Assembly: GCA_038087875.1 (NCBI GenBank)
Contig: CM075990.1
Location: 12,898,001 to 12,962,000, forward strand
Source of the DNA: Malacoraja senta
Lineage: Eukaryota
Direction: 5' to 3'
DNA length: 64,000 nt
Both the position numbers and the translations under genes were made by a program. Of the stretch, positions 1 to 12,943 are shown piece by piece. Positions within the stretch are counted from its first letter, which is position 1. Every line of letters begins with the position of its first letter. The notes beneath the pieces are model-generated. The model ran no database searches. It saw only the letters and a program-made list of their open reading frames with translations, and was not told the DNA's origin.

Positions 1-1149
1 GTGAGGCAGCAACTCTACCGCCGTGCCACCCTGCCGCCCTCAGCTTTGTTCAGCTTTAAGCCCTGCTTTCTTCACCGGTCCCGCATTAAGTCTTTGCAGG
101 TTTTTTTTTCTAGTATGGTTTTTTTTTGTTTAAACCTTTTGTTTCAAATTTGCAGATCTGCAGTGTGTGGTTTTGTTTGTGTGCAGTTTGTTCTGGGCTG
201 GTAGCCAACAGCAGTTTGTGCAAAGGAGAGAGAGCGAGAGTGAGAGAGAAACAGCAAGAGCTGGGACATCAAGTCCTTGGCATTTGGCCAGCAAACGAAA
301 GGCTGTGCTCGGCACATCGTTAATCAACTCCGTTCAGTACAGTATGCTTTCCCTTGCGGCTTTGCAGAAACCTTCATAACATAATCCGCAATGCAATGTC
401 AAAGTAATGTGAGGCAGATGTGGATTGGACAGGGGTGGGGGGGGGGGGGGAGTCTTATAGAACAGTACAGAAGATGTACAGTACACAAAGTGCTGGAGTC
501 ACTCAGCGGGTCAGGCAGTATCTCTGGTGAATTACTATCTTTGATATCAAACCAGTATCTGCAGTTCCTTTCTACACATAGAACAGTACACAGGACGGAT
601 CCATGGGCCCACAATGTTTGTTCCCAACATATTGCTAAATTAAACTGATCTCATCCGCCTGCACATGATCCATATCCCTCGCCTCACTGTACTCCCATTT
701 ATCCAAAAGCCTCTTAAATGTCACTATCGTCTAAGTATCTTGATAAATAAGTTTTAAGTTTATACCGCAGAAAGCCCACAGAGCAACCAGCCCCCACAAA
801 TTGACCCAACTGGGCGTGTACTATATTTGCATTTCAAAGGCAGTTGGCAATATTTTTTAATAATGAAGCATGAGAAACGTTACATTTACAGGGGCATTAT
901 CAGATCGATCAAAAGCATCTACGAGTATTTACTCTGTTTTAAGTACAGTGATTGTTGATGATCAAGCCAGCAAGATCCCACAGGTAGGAATAATATAAAC
1001 CGTTTGTAATTAGTTGTCAAATGTTGGGGGAACCTGCGATTATCTCATCAACAACACGCATTTACATTCAGACATGAGCCTCAAGAGTATGCAAAGGTGT
1101 CATCAGTGTTGTGGAGATGCAAAAACACAGTTGAACATTTTATTTAAAT

Positions 1150-1360
1150 TGCTGGAGAAACTCAGCGGGTGCAGCAGCATCTATGGAGCGAAGGAAATAG
1201 GCAACGTTTCGGGCCGAAACCCTTCTTCAGACTGATGTAAGGGTGGGGGGGGGGGAAGAAGAAAGGAAGAGGTGGAGCCAGTGGGCTGAGGGAGAGCTGA
1301 GAAAAGACGGAGAAAGTAAGGACTACCTGAAATTAGAGAAGTCAATGTTCATATTGCTGG
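1150..1360 (-). mobile_element. Penelope-like 3' end fragment with hammerhead-like core at 1201-1234
   Basis: Reverse complement matches 52730-52950 (ATGAACATTGACTTCTCT...cagtCTGAAGAagggtttcggcccGAAAcgttgcc). Confidence 0.8.
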
Positions 1361-2462
1361 GGGAACATTTGGTGGGTTGCAAAACAAAAAATAAAGGCCC
1401 CAGTTTTAAGAAGTCAGCTGTGAAACAGTCCTTGAAAGTGGATTCGAATTTCACTCCATTAACCTGACTACAAACACGTCTGAAGAAAGGTTCTGACCCA
1501 GTAGGTCACTCATCCTTTTTCCCCAGAGATGCTGCCTGACCCGCTGAGTTACTCCAGCATTTTGTGTCCATGGTATAAAGCAACATTTGCAGTTCCTTAC
1601 CACACAAATATGGGGACTAGCATTTGTGTACAGTATTGAGGAAGTGTTCAGCTGTTGGCGGAACTGTGCATGAGGTGTTCAAACTGAAACCACACGTCTA
1701 CCTTCTTGTAGATAATACACGGGCATTGTAGCAACAAGGAACTGCAGTTGGCAGTTGATGCACAAAAGGACACAAAATGCTGGAGAAACTCAGCAGGTCA
1801 GACAGCATCTGTGGAGAACATGGATAGGTGACGTTCCGAGTTGAGAGCCTTCTTCCGGCCATGAGCATTTTTTTAGATGAAGAAAGGCCACCAGCACTGA
1901 AGACAGACACAAAATACTGGAGTAACTCAGCGGGTCAGGCAGCATCCCTGGAGAAAAGGGATAGGTGACGTTTCATAAGATCATAAGTGATAGGAGCAGA
2001 ATTAGGCCATTCGGCCCATCAAGTCTACTTCGCCATTCAATCTCAAGAAGGGTCTCAACCCGAAATGTCGGCCATTCCTTCTCTCCATAGATGCTACCTC
2101 ACCCGCTGAGTTACTCCAGTATTTTGTGTCTACATTCAATCATGGCTGCTCTATCTCTCCCTCCTATTCCCATTCTCCTACCTTCTCCCCAAGAAGGGGT
2201 CGGGTCATTGCAGCTTGAATACTTATTCCACACTGAATGTAACCAAAACCAACCAGTCAAGCATCTTCCAGCAGAGATTGTATATTAAATATAACAACAT
2301 TGAGAGATCACGTGGCTGCAAACACTGCTGTAAAATGTGCAAGCTTTTCTTCTGACAGAGGAGCAGAAGTTAGAGAGTGGAATCAAGGAGTTCTATGGAG
2401 GACAATTGACTTATGTAAATGCACTACTGCCGACTGCAAAATAAGGATTGATGTGCAAGAAT

Positions 2463-2779
2463 GTTTAGTTTAGTTTAAAGATACAGCACAGATATAGGCC
2501 CTTCGGCCCACCGAATCTGCGCCGGCCAGCGATCCCTGCACATTAACACTATCCTACACACACTAGGGACAATTTACACATACACCAAGCCAATTAACCT
2601 ACATACCTGAACGTCTTTGGAGTGTGGGAGGAAACCGAAGATCTCGGAGGAAACCCACGCGGTCACGGGGAGAAGGTACAAACTCCGTACAGACAGCGCC
2701 CGTAATCGGGATCGAACCCGTGTCTCTGGCGCTGCAAGCACTGTAAGGCAGCAACTCTACCGTTACACCACCGTGCCGC
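2463..2779 (-). mobile_element. tRNA-derived HE1/V-SINE-type SINE, near full length
   Basis: tRNA-like head (ggtgg..tagcggta A box, ggttcgatcc B box), central core, CR1-like tail ending (taaac)n. Confidence 0.85.
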
Positions 2780-4054
2780 ACACTTTTACAAAATTGATAG
2801 GCGTGGACAGGGAAGATTGAGTAGAAGTGTCACATACTGGAGGGCATAGCTTTGTGAGATGAGCAAAGTTTAAAGAAGATGTGCGAGGCTAGTGCTTTAC
2901 ACAGAGTGGTGGGATCTGGAACGCATTGCCAGGGGTAATGGAGGAAGCATACATGATAGTGATGTTTATGAGACATTTAGGCAGGCACGTGAATATGAAG
3001 GGAATGGAGGGATAAGTTCACATGCAGGTAGATGGCGTTAATTTAATTCAGCATCATGATCAGTATGGACATTGTGGGTCTAAAGGCCTGTCATTTTGCA
3101 CTAGGCATGAGTGCCTTGAGTTAATTAAATTGATTAAGATCCTGTTCTAGATCATGCAACAACACAGGGGGGTCCCGATCTGAAACATTTGACTGAAGAA
3201 GGGTCCTGAACCAAAACATCACCGATCCATGTTCGCCATCAATGTTTATTGGCAACTTAACTGTTTGTTAAGGTAATGATACTGGATTAGGAGATCCAGC
3301 ATCTTTGGAGCACCTTCACCAGAAGGTCTGAAGTGCTTCAAGTTTCCCAACCACCAAGGAAGAAGCAATAAACGCTGGCTTTGCCAGTGAACTACAGGGC
3401 CGAATAATAAATAATAAATCAAAAGCCGAAACATGATAGTGAAACGCTGTTCGATTTTTTTTCTTACTTGGCTTGGCATCTGATTTACCACAAAGTTGAC
3501 AGCATTTGACTGACGGAAGTTTTAACTGAATCCATTCATTTACAGTAAAGAGACCAAACAACAGTTGGTATTCATGCTGTGTTGACTGAAGCAGAGTTAT
3601 GTAGGTCAGAGCTGATATTGGGAAACAGAGAGTTGGCGGAGGAGATGCAAGTGGTTGAAAGTTGCAATGGTGACGAGGAACGATCGTACCCTCAAAGGAA
3701 GTCGCGATGCTGGTTCGACGCAATCTGGTGCCGTGAGAGATGCGGAAATCTGATGAGAGAGATTTGGACGTGGAGTTTGCAAAATTGATCGGTGAGGGCT
3801 CGCCTCGGCAGACAATCCTGCAGGAAGGTAAAAATACACCAGAAGATCAGGAGGAGGCACGAGGAACTGCAGTTGCTGGATTCTTCAGTGAAATACACAG
3901 CGCTGGAGGAACTCAATGGGCCAGGCAGCATTTCGGGTGGGAATGGACAGGCATTCAAAAAGATAATGCAGATGCAGGAAATCTGTAATTAAACTAATGA
4001 TGCTGGAAATTCTCAGCAGGTCAGGCAGCATCAGTAGAGAACTAAAAAGAGTTA

Positions 4055-4370
4055 AAGCCCTGTCCCACTGTACGAGTTCATTCAAGAGCTTTCCCGAGTT
4101 TAAAAAAAAATCAAACTCGTGGTAAACACGTAGAATGTACGTTGCGGGTACGTCGGAGCTCGGGGACGCCTCTTAGCGGCGCGTAACGCTAACGGCAGGT
4201 ACTCGGGAAACGCGGTAAGCTCGAGAAGACTCGTGAAGATTTTTCAACGTTGAAAAATGTCCACGAGAGCCCCGAGTACCGCCGAGCGGCCATTACTGTA
4301 AATCTCCGAGTTCGAATCAGGGCAAACTCGGGAGAACTCTTGAATGAACTCGTACAGTGGGACAGGGCTT
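4055..4370. mobile_element. PIF/Harbinger-type MITE
   Basis: ~47-bp TIR starting aagccctgtcccactgtacgagttcattcaagag; flanks TTA / TGA (3-bp TSD with one mismatch); no transposase. Confidence 0.85.
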
Positions 4371-6978
4371 TGAACGATCCAGATTGTTGACTTCCTAAAG
4401 AACTACCAGCTCCAGAGGATATTATCTGGTATGATACAACTGTCCCTCCACACAGCAGTGAATTGTCATCTTAAAGCTTTATATAGTGTGATATTAAATC
4501 CAGTCTGTTAATTTTGCATCGGAAGAAACTGCAGATGCTGGTTTAAACCGGATAGACACAAGAAGCTGGAGTAACTCAGTGAGTCAGGCAGCATCTCTGG
4601 ACAAAAGGAAAAGGTGAAGTTTGGTATCGACCTGAAACATCACCTATTCCTTTTCTCCAGAGATGCTGTCTGACCCGATACGACACGATCCAATAGACCT
4701 TTATTTATCCCAGGAGGGATATTGATCTGCCAACAGTCATAAAAACCCGCAGAGTTACTCTGGCTTTTTGTGTATATCTTCTGTTAGTATTGCACATGTA
4801 CAGCATAGAAACTGGCCTTGTGGCCCATACTGTCAATGCCAACCATATTGTCTGACTACACTATTTCCATTTGCCCACATAAGGCAGGTATCTCTCCATG
4901 TCCTTCATGTCCAAGTCTCTTTTAAACGTTGTAATGTATCTGCCTCTACCACTTCCCCTGGCAGCTCATTCCATAGAAGAACTATAGGTCCATTGAAGGA
5001 TATAGAAAAACATATCCCTCAGACCACCTTTAAATCTCTCCCTTCTCATCTTAAATTGAAGCCCTCTAACTTTAAACTCCCCCCACACTAGGAGAAAGAC
5101 TCTGGCTGTCTAGCCTATCCATGCCCTTCATAATTTTATAAACCTCTTCTAGGTCACTCCTCAGCTTCCTAAATTCCAGTGAAAATAAACCAAGCCTTTC
5201 GAATCTCTCCCTATAAGCAGTTCTTTATTCCTCTTCAAACGTCTAGCTAATCTATTCATAACTGTTAACATGGTCTCTGCTTCAATTACAAACTCTAGTG
5301 GTTGAACCAATGGCTTCAAAAGGCAAAAGCAGAAACGATGAAAGAACTCAGCCAGTCAAAAGGCATTTGTGGAACACTTCCTGCAGTGTGCCTGACCTGA
5401 AACGTTAATTTATTTGAAAAGAGGACTTTCCACAAGAAATACAAAAAACAGTGCGCTGGGTTGTTTACATTCATGATATCGCCTAGTCTATACATTCATC
5501 GCGTTGTCAGGTCTGTGCATTTTGCGAATGCATTCTATGTTCAAAGCACCATTGCCTGTCATGTAGCCTCTGTGGAAATACACTCTTCAAGTGTTTCAGT
5601 GGCTGTGTCACAGGACCTGGCTCTCCAGTGTCTTGTAATTACAGGAACCTAGTTTACAGTGCTTTCCCTCTAAGTCTTTAGACCATGAGGCATTGGAGCA
5701 GAATTAGCCTGTTCGGCCCATCGAGTCTACTCCGCCATTCTATCATGATCGATCTATTTTTTCTTCTCAACCCCATTCTATACTACCTTCTCCCCGTAAC
5801 CTTTGATGCCCTTACTAATCAAGAACCTATCAATCTCCGCTTTAAATATACCCAATGTCTTGGGCTCCACAAAATGAATTGCACAGATTCACCTCCCTCT
5901 GGCTAAATAAATTCCTCCTCATCTCCTCCTTTGTTTTGGCCACACCCAGTTTCAGTTTGTCCACCAACATGAAGTCTTGCTTCTAGACAGTGCAGAAACA
6001 GGCCCTTTGGCCCACCGAGTCCACGACGACCAGCGATCATCCCGTAGACTAACACTATCCTACACAACAGGGACAATTTACAATGTAACCAAAGCCAATT
6101 AACCTGCAAACCTGTACGTCTTTGTACTTTCCACACTGGTTGAGTTCCTCAATAATTTTTAGTTGTTTTATATTCCAGCATCTGCATTTTTAGGGGGTTT
6201 TCCCCAACTTCAAGCATCCCTGGGCAGTTTCACCTACTCTCAGTACTAAAGGTCTCACATTCCTCTTGTTAAATATATTGAGATCTTTTACAACTACACA
6301 CCAGGAGAGCTCTGTTAAATGGTTCTTCCAGAAAACAACACGTCTGTGGTCAGCGCTCCCTCACTTTTGCACACGAAGGTCTGTGTTTTGCAAAAGGTTA
6401 CGGGGAGGGAGAGGACGGGAGAATAAGGTTGAGAGGGAAAAATAGATCGGCCATGATGGAATGGCAGAGCGGATTTGATGGGTCGCATGGCTTAATTCTG
6501 CTCCTATATCTTATGAACTTGTGCATCTCCTTCTAGACCCCCTCAACTAATTCACACTGTGCAGATTCTTAAACTTGGTACATAATGTATATAATTGTAA
6601 ATGGAAAGAGCTGTCTTTACTGTAGCCACCCTCAGGATGTCCCAGCGCTCTTTACAATCAATACACTGCTTCTGAAATGCAGTCGCAGTTGTAATAAAGG
6701 AAGTAGGGTCACAGGGCGGATCTTGGTCAATGTGCCCAACCTTTCCCTTGTGCAAAGGAAGCTCTCACAGATGGTCGGACTGGTGATAATAACCAGATCA
6801 TGTTTTTTAAGTCATGTTGATTAAGAGATTAATATCAGCCAAGGCACTATGAATGCCTGACTCAGCTTCTTCGGTATAATATCTTGAGATTGTTTACATC
6901 TCCACACCAGGAGTTCATGTCACACAGCAGAGTGCTTTGTTACATGGTTCATCCAGAAAGCAACATTTCTGAGGGCAG

Positions 6979-7186
6979 GTAGACAAAAATGCTGGAGAAA
7001 CTCAGCGGGTGAGGCAGCATCTATGGAGCGAAGGAAATAGGCAACGTTTCGGGTCGAAACCCTTCATCAGTCTGAACCGAAACGTTGCCTATTTCCTTCG
7101 CTCCATAGAAGCTGCCTCACCCGCTGAGTTTCTCCAGCATTTTTGTCTACCTTCGATTTTCCAGCATCTGCAGTTCCTCCTTCTTA
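6979..7186. mobile_element. Inverted dimer of Penelope terminal repeat
   Basis: ~85-bp inverted arms; TSD aacattt(c/t)tgagggcag at 6962-6978 / 7187-7203; CTGATGA-gggtttcgaccc-GAAA core on the minus strand at 7041-7070. Confidence 0.88.
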
Positions 7187-8339
7187 AACATTTTTGAGGG
7201 CAGCGTTCCTCACCATTGCACTCGAAGAGCAGAGTTTTGTACTCCGGATCTATGAGTGAAATGAGCCAACAATCTTCCGACTTATTGCCCTGACTGGTAC
7301 CAGCAGAGACATAGCCAGCATTGATGATTAATTATGTGAGAATTATCTTGAGAAGTCAATTCCAGATGGGTGATAAAAATCTTCCTCGGTTCCCAACTAA
7401 TTCCTGAATCCCTAACCTTAATGTGTGGGAAGGAACTGCAGATGCTGGTTTATACTGAAGATAGACTCAAAATGCTGGAGTAACTCAGCGAGCCAGGCAG
7501 CATCTCCGGAGAGAAGGAATGGGTGATGTTTGGGGTCAGAACCCTTCTTCAGTTAATTATTTATATTTACAGTCCATCAAGTAAATTTTTCATTTGTTAC
7601 TTTTTTGCATATCTTTCCTTCATTTGTTCTAAATCTCACTTTAAGCACTTTAAGACTGCTCTTTCGGAAGTATCACTCAGGTCAACAGTGATCTATTCGG
7701 TTAGGCTGCTGTTAGAGCCTCCTTATATTTGGTTCCACGGAATATAGTAAATGCAACTCTATAGGGAGGAGGGGAGATGACAGGGGAGGAGAGGTGATGA
7801 GGGGAGTAGATGAGTTGAATGGGAGAAAGTAGGAGGGAAGAGGGGAGAGGTGGAGAGGAGAGCTAGATAGGGCTCTTAAAGATAGCGGAGTCAGGGGATA
7901 TGGGGAGAAGGCAGGAACGGGGTACTGATTGGGGATGATCAGCCATGATCACATTGAATGGTGGTGCTGGCTCGATGGGCCGAATGGCCCACTCCTGCAC
8001 CTATTGTCTATTGTCTATTGTCTTTGGTCACTACATCAATGTCTATATCTCTTGTTTCCTTTTCCCTTGACTCTCAGTCTGATGAAGGGTCTCGACCTGA
8101 AGTGTCACCTATTCCTTTTCTCCAGAGATGCTGCGTGACTCCAGCTTTTTGTATCTATCTTAAGTAAATAAACTAAATGGATAGGCCCTTTCTCATGTTT
8201 ATTTTTTTATTCCCACAGTAGGGATATCAAAAAGAAGAAGGTATAGGTTTAAGGGTGGAGGACAGAGTTTTAAAGGGGATTTGAGGGGAAAGTTTTTTCA
8301 CAGAGAATGGTTGATATCTGGAACTCACTGCAAAGGAGG

Positions 8340-8665
8340 TTTAGCTTAGTTTAGTTTAGAGATACAGCGTGGAAACAGGCCCTTCGGCCCACCGAGTCCG
8401 CACCGACCAGCGATCCCCACACATTAACACTCCTCTACACACACCAGGGGCAATTTTTACATTTACACCAAGCCAATTAACCTACAAACCTGGACGTCTT
8501 TGGAGTGTGGGAGGAAACAGAAGATCAAAACCACAAGAAGAAACCAAAAAAAAACCCAAAGAAATCCACACAGGGCACGGGGAGAACGTACAAACTCCGT
8601 ACAGGCAGCACCCGTGGTCAGGATCGAACCCGGGTCTCTGGCGCTGTAAGGCAGCAACTCTGCCC
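8340..8665 (-). mobile_element. HE1/V-SINE-type SINE
   Basis: Same consensus as 2463-2779. Confidence 0.85.
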
Positions 8666-8671
8666 AATGTG

Positions 8672-9010
8672 ATAGAAACATAGAAACATAGAAAATAGGT
8701 GCAGGAGGAGGCCATTCGGCCCTTCAAGCCAGCACCGCCATTAATTGCGATCATGGCTGATCATCCCCAATCAATAACCCGTGCCTGCCTTCTCCCCATA
8801 TCCCTTGACTCCACTAGCCCCTAGAGCTCTATCTAACTCTCTCTTAAATCCATCCAGTGATTTGGCCTCCACTGCCCTCTGTGGCAGGGAATTCCACAAA
8901 GTCACAACTCTCTGGGTGAAAAAGTTTTTTTCTCACCTCAGTCTTAAATGGCTTCCCCTTTATTCTAAGACTGTGGCCCCTGGTTCTGGACTCTCCCAAC
9001 ATTGGGAACA
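8672..9010 (-). mobile_element. CR1 LINE 3' fragment
   Basis: MFPMLGESRTRGHSLRIKG CR1 ORF2 C-terminus plus (tttctatg)n tail. Confidence 0.88.
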
Positions 9011-10179
9011 TTTGGTGGACTCCATCATGATGGTGGAGTCCGAAACAATCAGAATGTTCAAGAGACATTGAAGCCAATGCTTAAATATCAAGGATACAAA
9101 TCTGTTGCAGACAATGGGAATAGTGGACAAGACAAAAACGTCAGCAGAGATGTGATGAACTGAGAGATCTATTTCTATGCTGTACAACTCTATGTCTCCA
9201 TTTCTTCATGTAAATAGTATCTATTTGTATAATGTAATCTCATTTATCTTAAAGCTGGATTTCTTAAAACCAGCAAAGCAATTTTATTGTTCAGATTATA
9301 ACTAGAAGATATCTGGATGCCTATAAATGCCTTATCTGCAACTCACTATCACACAAGATAAACAATTTCAATTAAAAAAAAGCAAAGAGGTCACAGTTTA
9401 TAATTATTCCAGAAAATGCTTTCAAAGCAAATATTAAAAAGTTGAAATGGGGGATGGAACTTATTTTTTTATGGGTTTCTTTAACTAACACGAAGCTTCA
9501 AAGACACTGAAAATGAATCTTCATAGTTTTAAAATGTCTTAATTTTCAGACAACTTTAACTTTACTAAATTAGTCTCTTCTTCCTGGGCATTCCCTATGG
9601 ATTGATTTACTTCCACTCCAGTTCTGGTGGTTCAAAGGTGTCTAAATTCTAAATCCTAAATTCCAGTGCCATCTGAGTTGAGTTCCATGTTCTTCCTGTG
9701 ACCATGTGGGTTTTCTCCAGGTGCTCACCTTTCCTTCCCACATCCCAGATATGTGTTGATTGATAGATGAAATAGCTACTGTTCAAACGTGCCACTTGTG
9801 TAGGTAAATGGTAGAATTGATTTGGAGAATTTTGAGAACATAGGAAAAATTATTTGGAGAATGGGATTGCTCTGTTATCCATTATAGACTTGATGGATCA
9901 ATGGCCTCTTTCTGTGTGACGAGAAATGCAAAATGATTTAAGTCCTTTCTTAAACGGTTCAAAACCCATGGTCTACCAGGCAGCAATGTTCGTTATTTGA
10001 GATACATGGACCATCTACTCCAAGCAGCATTGGACAGAAACCACCATTACTGGGCTTGCCCCATCCTCCAATTCAGCTATGAGGATGAGCAAACTCAACA
10101 TTAGCTTCCTCTCCAAAACCAACTTGCCGTGGACATTTATTGAGTTGAGTTTGAGTTGAGTTTAGTTTATTGTCACATG

Positions 10180-10550
10180 TATTATAAAAGGACTGGCAAG
10201 CTAGATGCAGGAAAAATGTTCCCAATGTTGGGCGAGTCCAGAACCAGGGGCCACAGTCTTAGAATAAAGGGGAGGCCATTTAAGACCAAGGTGAGAAAAA
10301 ACTTTTTCACCCAGAGAGTTGTGAATTTGTGGAATTCCCTGCCACAGAGGGCAGTGGAGGCCTAATCACTGGATGGATTTAAGAGAGAGTTAGATAGAGC
10401 TCTAGGGGCTAGTGGAATCAAGGGATATGGGGAGAAGGCAGGCACGGGTTATTGATTGGGGACGATCAGCCATGATCACAATGAATGGCGGTGCTGGCTC
10501 GAAGGGCCGAATGGCCTCCTCCTGCGCCTATTTTCTATGTTTCTATGTTT
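10180..10550 (+). mobile_element. CR1 LINE 3' fragment nested in another LINE tail
   Basis: RTRGHSLRIKGRPFKTKVRKNFFTQRVVNLWNSLP; near-identical to the 8672 and 33415 copies. Confidence 0.9.
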
Positions 10551-11394
10551 ACCGAGTTACCGTGTAAAGCTTTTGTTGCTTTATGTTGCGTGCCAACCAG
10601 CCAGCGGAAAGACCATACCATGATTACAATCGAGCCGTCCACGGTGTACAGATACATGATGAAGGGAATAACATGAAGTGTAAGATAAAGTCCAGTGAAG
10701 TAGATGAAGAAGAGCACAGTTAAAGTAAGAAATGCTGCAGTTGGAGTAAAGGTCTAAAAGAGAGGAGTGATTGCAATGCGTGATTTGCAGACTCACTCTG
10801 TGACCAGCACACACACATTGAGCCTGGGCACCTTCTTGCATGGGCATTTATTGTTGGGATGTTGATGCTGGGCAGCAGAGGAAGGTTGGTCAATGACCTT
10901 TGTTTTAGAGATGTCTGGTGTAAGGCCCGTTTCTTCAGTGAATGAGTTGATTTAGAGGTCGACCTTTGTGCGTATGCGTGTGTGCACACAGACGTGACCA
11001 ACACACTGCGGCTTTGGGTGACCTTGTTTCCAGAGTGGAAGCTACGTAGATTGAATCGTTTCCCATTTGTCCCGCAGATTGGCTCCTCTCCATGGGAAGC
11101 CTGTTAGATGTCAGGTGCAATGCAGTGACGACAAAGAACGCAAAAGGATTTGGCAGCTCCTGTCGGAAGGACCCACCAAGGAACTTCTCAACCAAGTTTC
11201 TGTCCTTAACTCCATCCCACAGCTTACACTCTCACTCCCAGCTCAAACTGACAAGAGGTTGAAAGGCCACATGTCAACTGAATAAGCTAACAATGCCCCT
11301 GGTAAAAACCAACAGAGAGGGACTTCATACACAAAGTCACATCTAGGCAACATGGCAGGCAAACGTAAGAATAAACTAAGCTCAAACTCAAACT

Positions 11395-11760
11395 CGTGAA
11401 CATCTTCAAGAATGGAGACAAAACTGACCAGGTCTTTCCCTGTGATCTGCCACAGAGAGACTCATTACAGGGGACCTCCCCAACCACCTCCGACCAGTGG
11501 ATCAGCAACAAACGTTATATAGGGACACCATCAACCCCACTGAAACCTTTGAATCTGGAGAATCCTTTTCAAATGTGGTTGCCTACATACAGTATATCCA
11601 TCTCCATCCATGCCTGCTACAAGATGGCAACCAAGCCATGAACCTAATGGGTAAACCCATCAGAAACACAATCCCAGTGCAGACTGGGGTCAAACGAGGC
11701 TGGTCTATCACTCTCACATGTTTCTCAATATTTCTTGCTGTAATATTGCAGAAATAATAG
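11395..11760 (+). mobile_element. Highly degraded RTE-type reverse transcriptase fragment
   Basis: IFKNGDK and IPVQTGVKRGWSITLTCFSIFLAVIL resemble RTE RT motifs (GVKQGC..P.LFSIF). Confidence 0.6.
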
Positions 11761-12189
11761 CCTGCAACAGCAGCATATGGTAGAGCATATGTGTGGATGG
11801 ATTGGAAGGAGGTACACTCCCTCTCCCATTTACATTGGTCTCTACGGTACCAATATAGGGTAGTCAAGGTTCACAATACTGCCTTGACTGATCTTTGCAG
11901 CCACAAATTCTCAACATCAGAGGCTGGCCACTCAAGACCTGAACTATATGAATCACTGTCTTGAACGCTTGCAGGACTCGAGGAACAGACGGCAATTGTA
12001 AATGTTCAATAAATGCAATGGTGGAAAATAGAACGCCTCCCTCAGCATTCCGTGGAGTGCCAGCCCAGTTTATTCAGTCAGGACCCTGGAATGGAGTGTG
12101 AAGCCTTCCAAGGTTGAGAAATGGCAGATACCGTATGCAAGATACATCCAAATTCATATTCAACCTACAGGTCTGTGTGATGCTGGTTT

Positions 12190-12470
12190 ATCAAGTCAAG
12201 TCGTCAATTTTATTTCTATAGCACATTTAAAAACAACTCTCGTTGACCAAAGTGCTTCACATTGGTGCAGGTACCAACGTGCTACAAACAGTGGTACTTA
12301 GATCAACAAGACATACATAGATACATACATACAGCGCTCCCTCAGAGGACCTCAAGAAAGGCTTGAGAGTAGAAATAAGTTTTAAGTCTAGACTTAAAAG
12401 AGACGATGGAGGGGGCAGTTCTGATGGGAAGAGGGATGCTGTTCCACAGTCTAGGAGCTGCAACCGCAAA
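12190..12470 (-). mobile_element. L2-type LINE 3' end
   Basis: Minus strand FAVAAPRLWNSIPLPIRTAPSIVSFKSRLKTYFYSQAF*, then L2-like stem-loop region and (gactt)n tail. Confidence 0.75.
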
Positions 12471-12943
12471 TGTGCGTTTGGAGTGAATGGGAGTGAGTCT
12501 TCACACGTGACCGATGGTTGCAGATCAGTTCAGGTATATTTTCTCATTTCACTTCTTCTTAGGCCAGTTAGGGTCTGTCGAGTTCTGCGGGCTCTGTGGT
12601 GCCCGATAACACCAGTATGAAACGGACAAACTCCTTGGGGTTGGGGCTGGACAAGCTTGACAGAGTGGGTGGTGTGGGAGGAAGTGTACCTCTTCTAACA
12701 TTAGCGGTGGGCTTATTTGAACTACTATTGAAGGAACTAAAGGTTTCTCCAGTTTGAGCAGTTATGGGCAAGGACATTAGTGGGACATGGTTTCAAAAAC
12801 GCTTTGAGAGCTTCCTTGATTCTGTTCTCGGAGCATGGAGCAGAGGGCCTGCTTCTGGTACACAAAAATGCTGGAGAAACTCAGCGGGTGCAGCAGCATC
12901 TATGGAGCAAAGGAAATAGGCAACGGTTCGGGCCGAAACCCTT

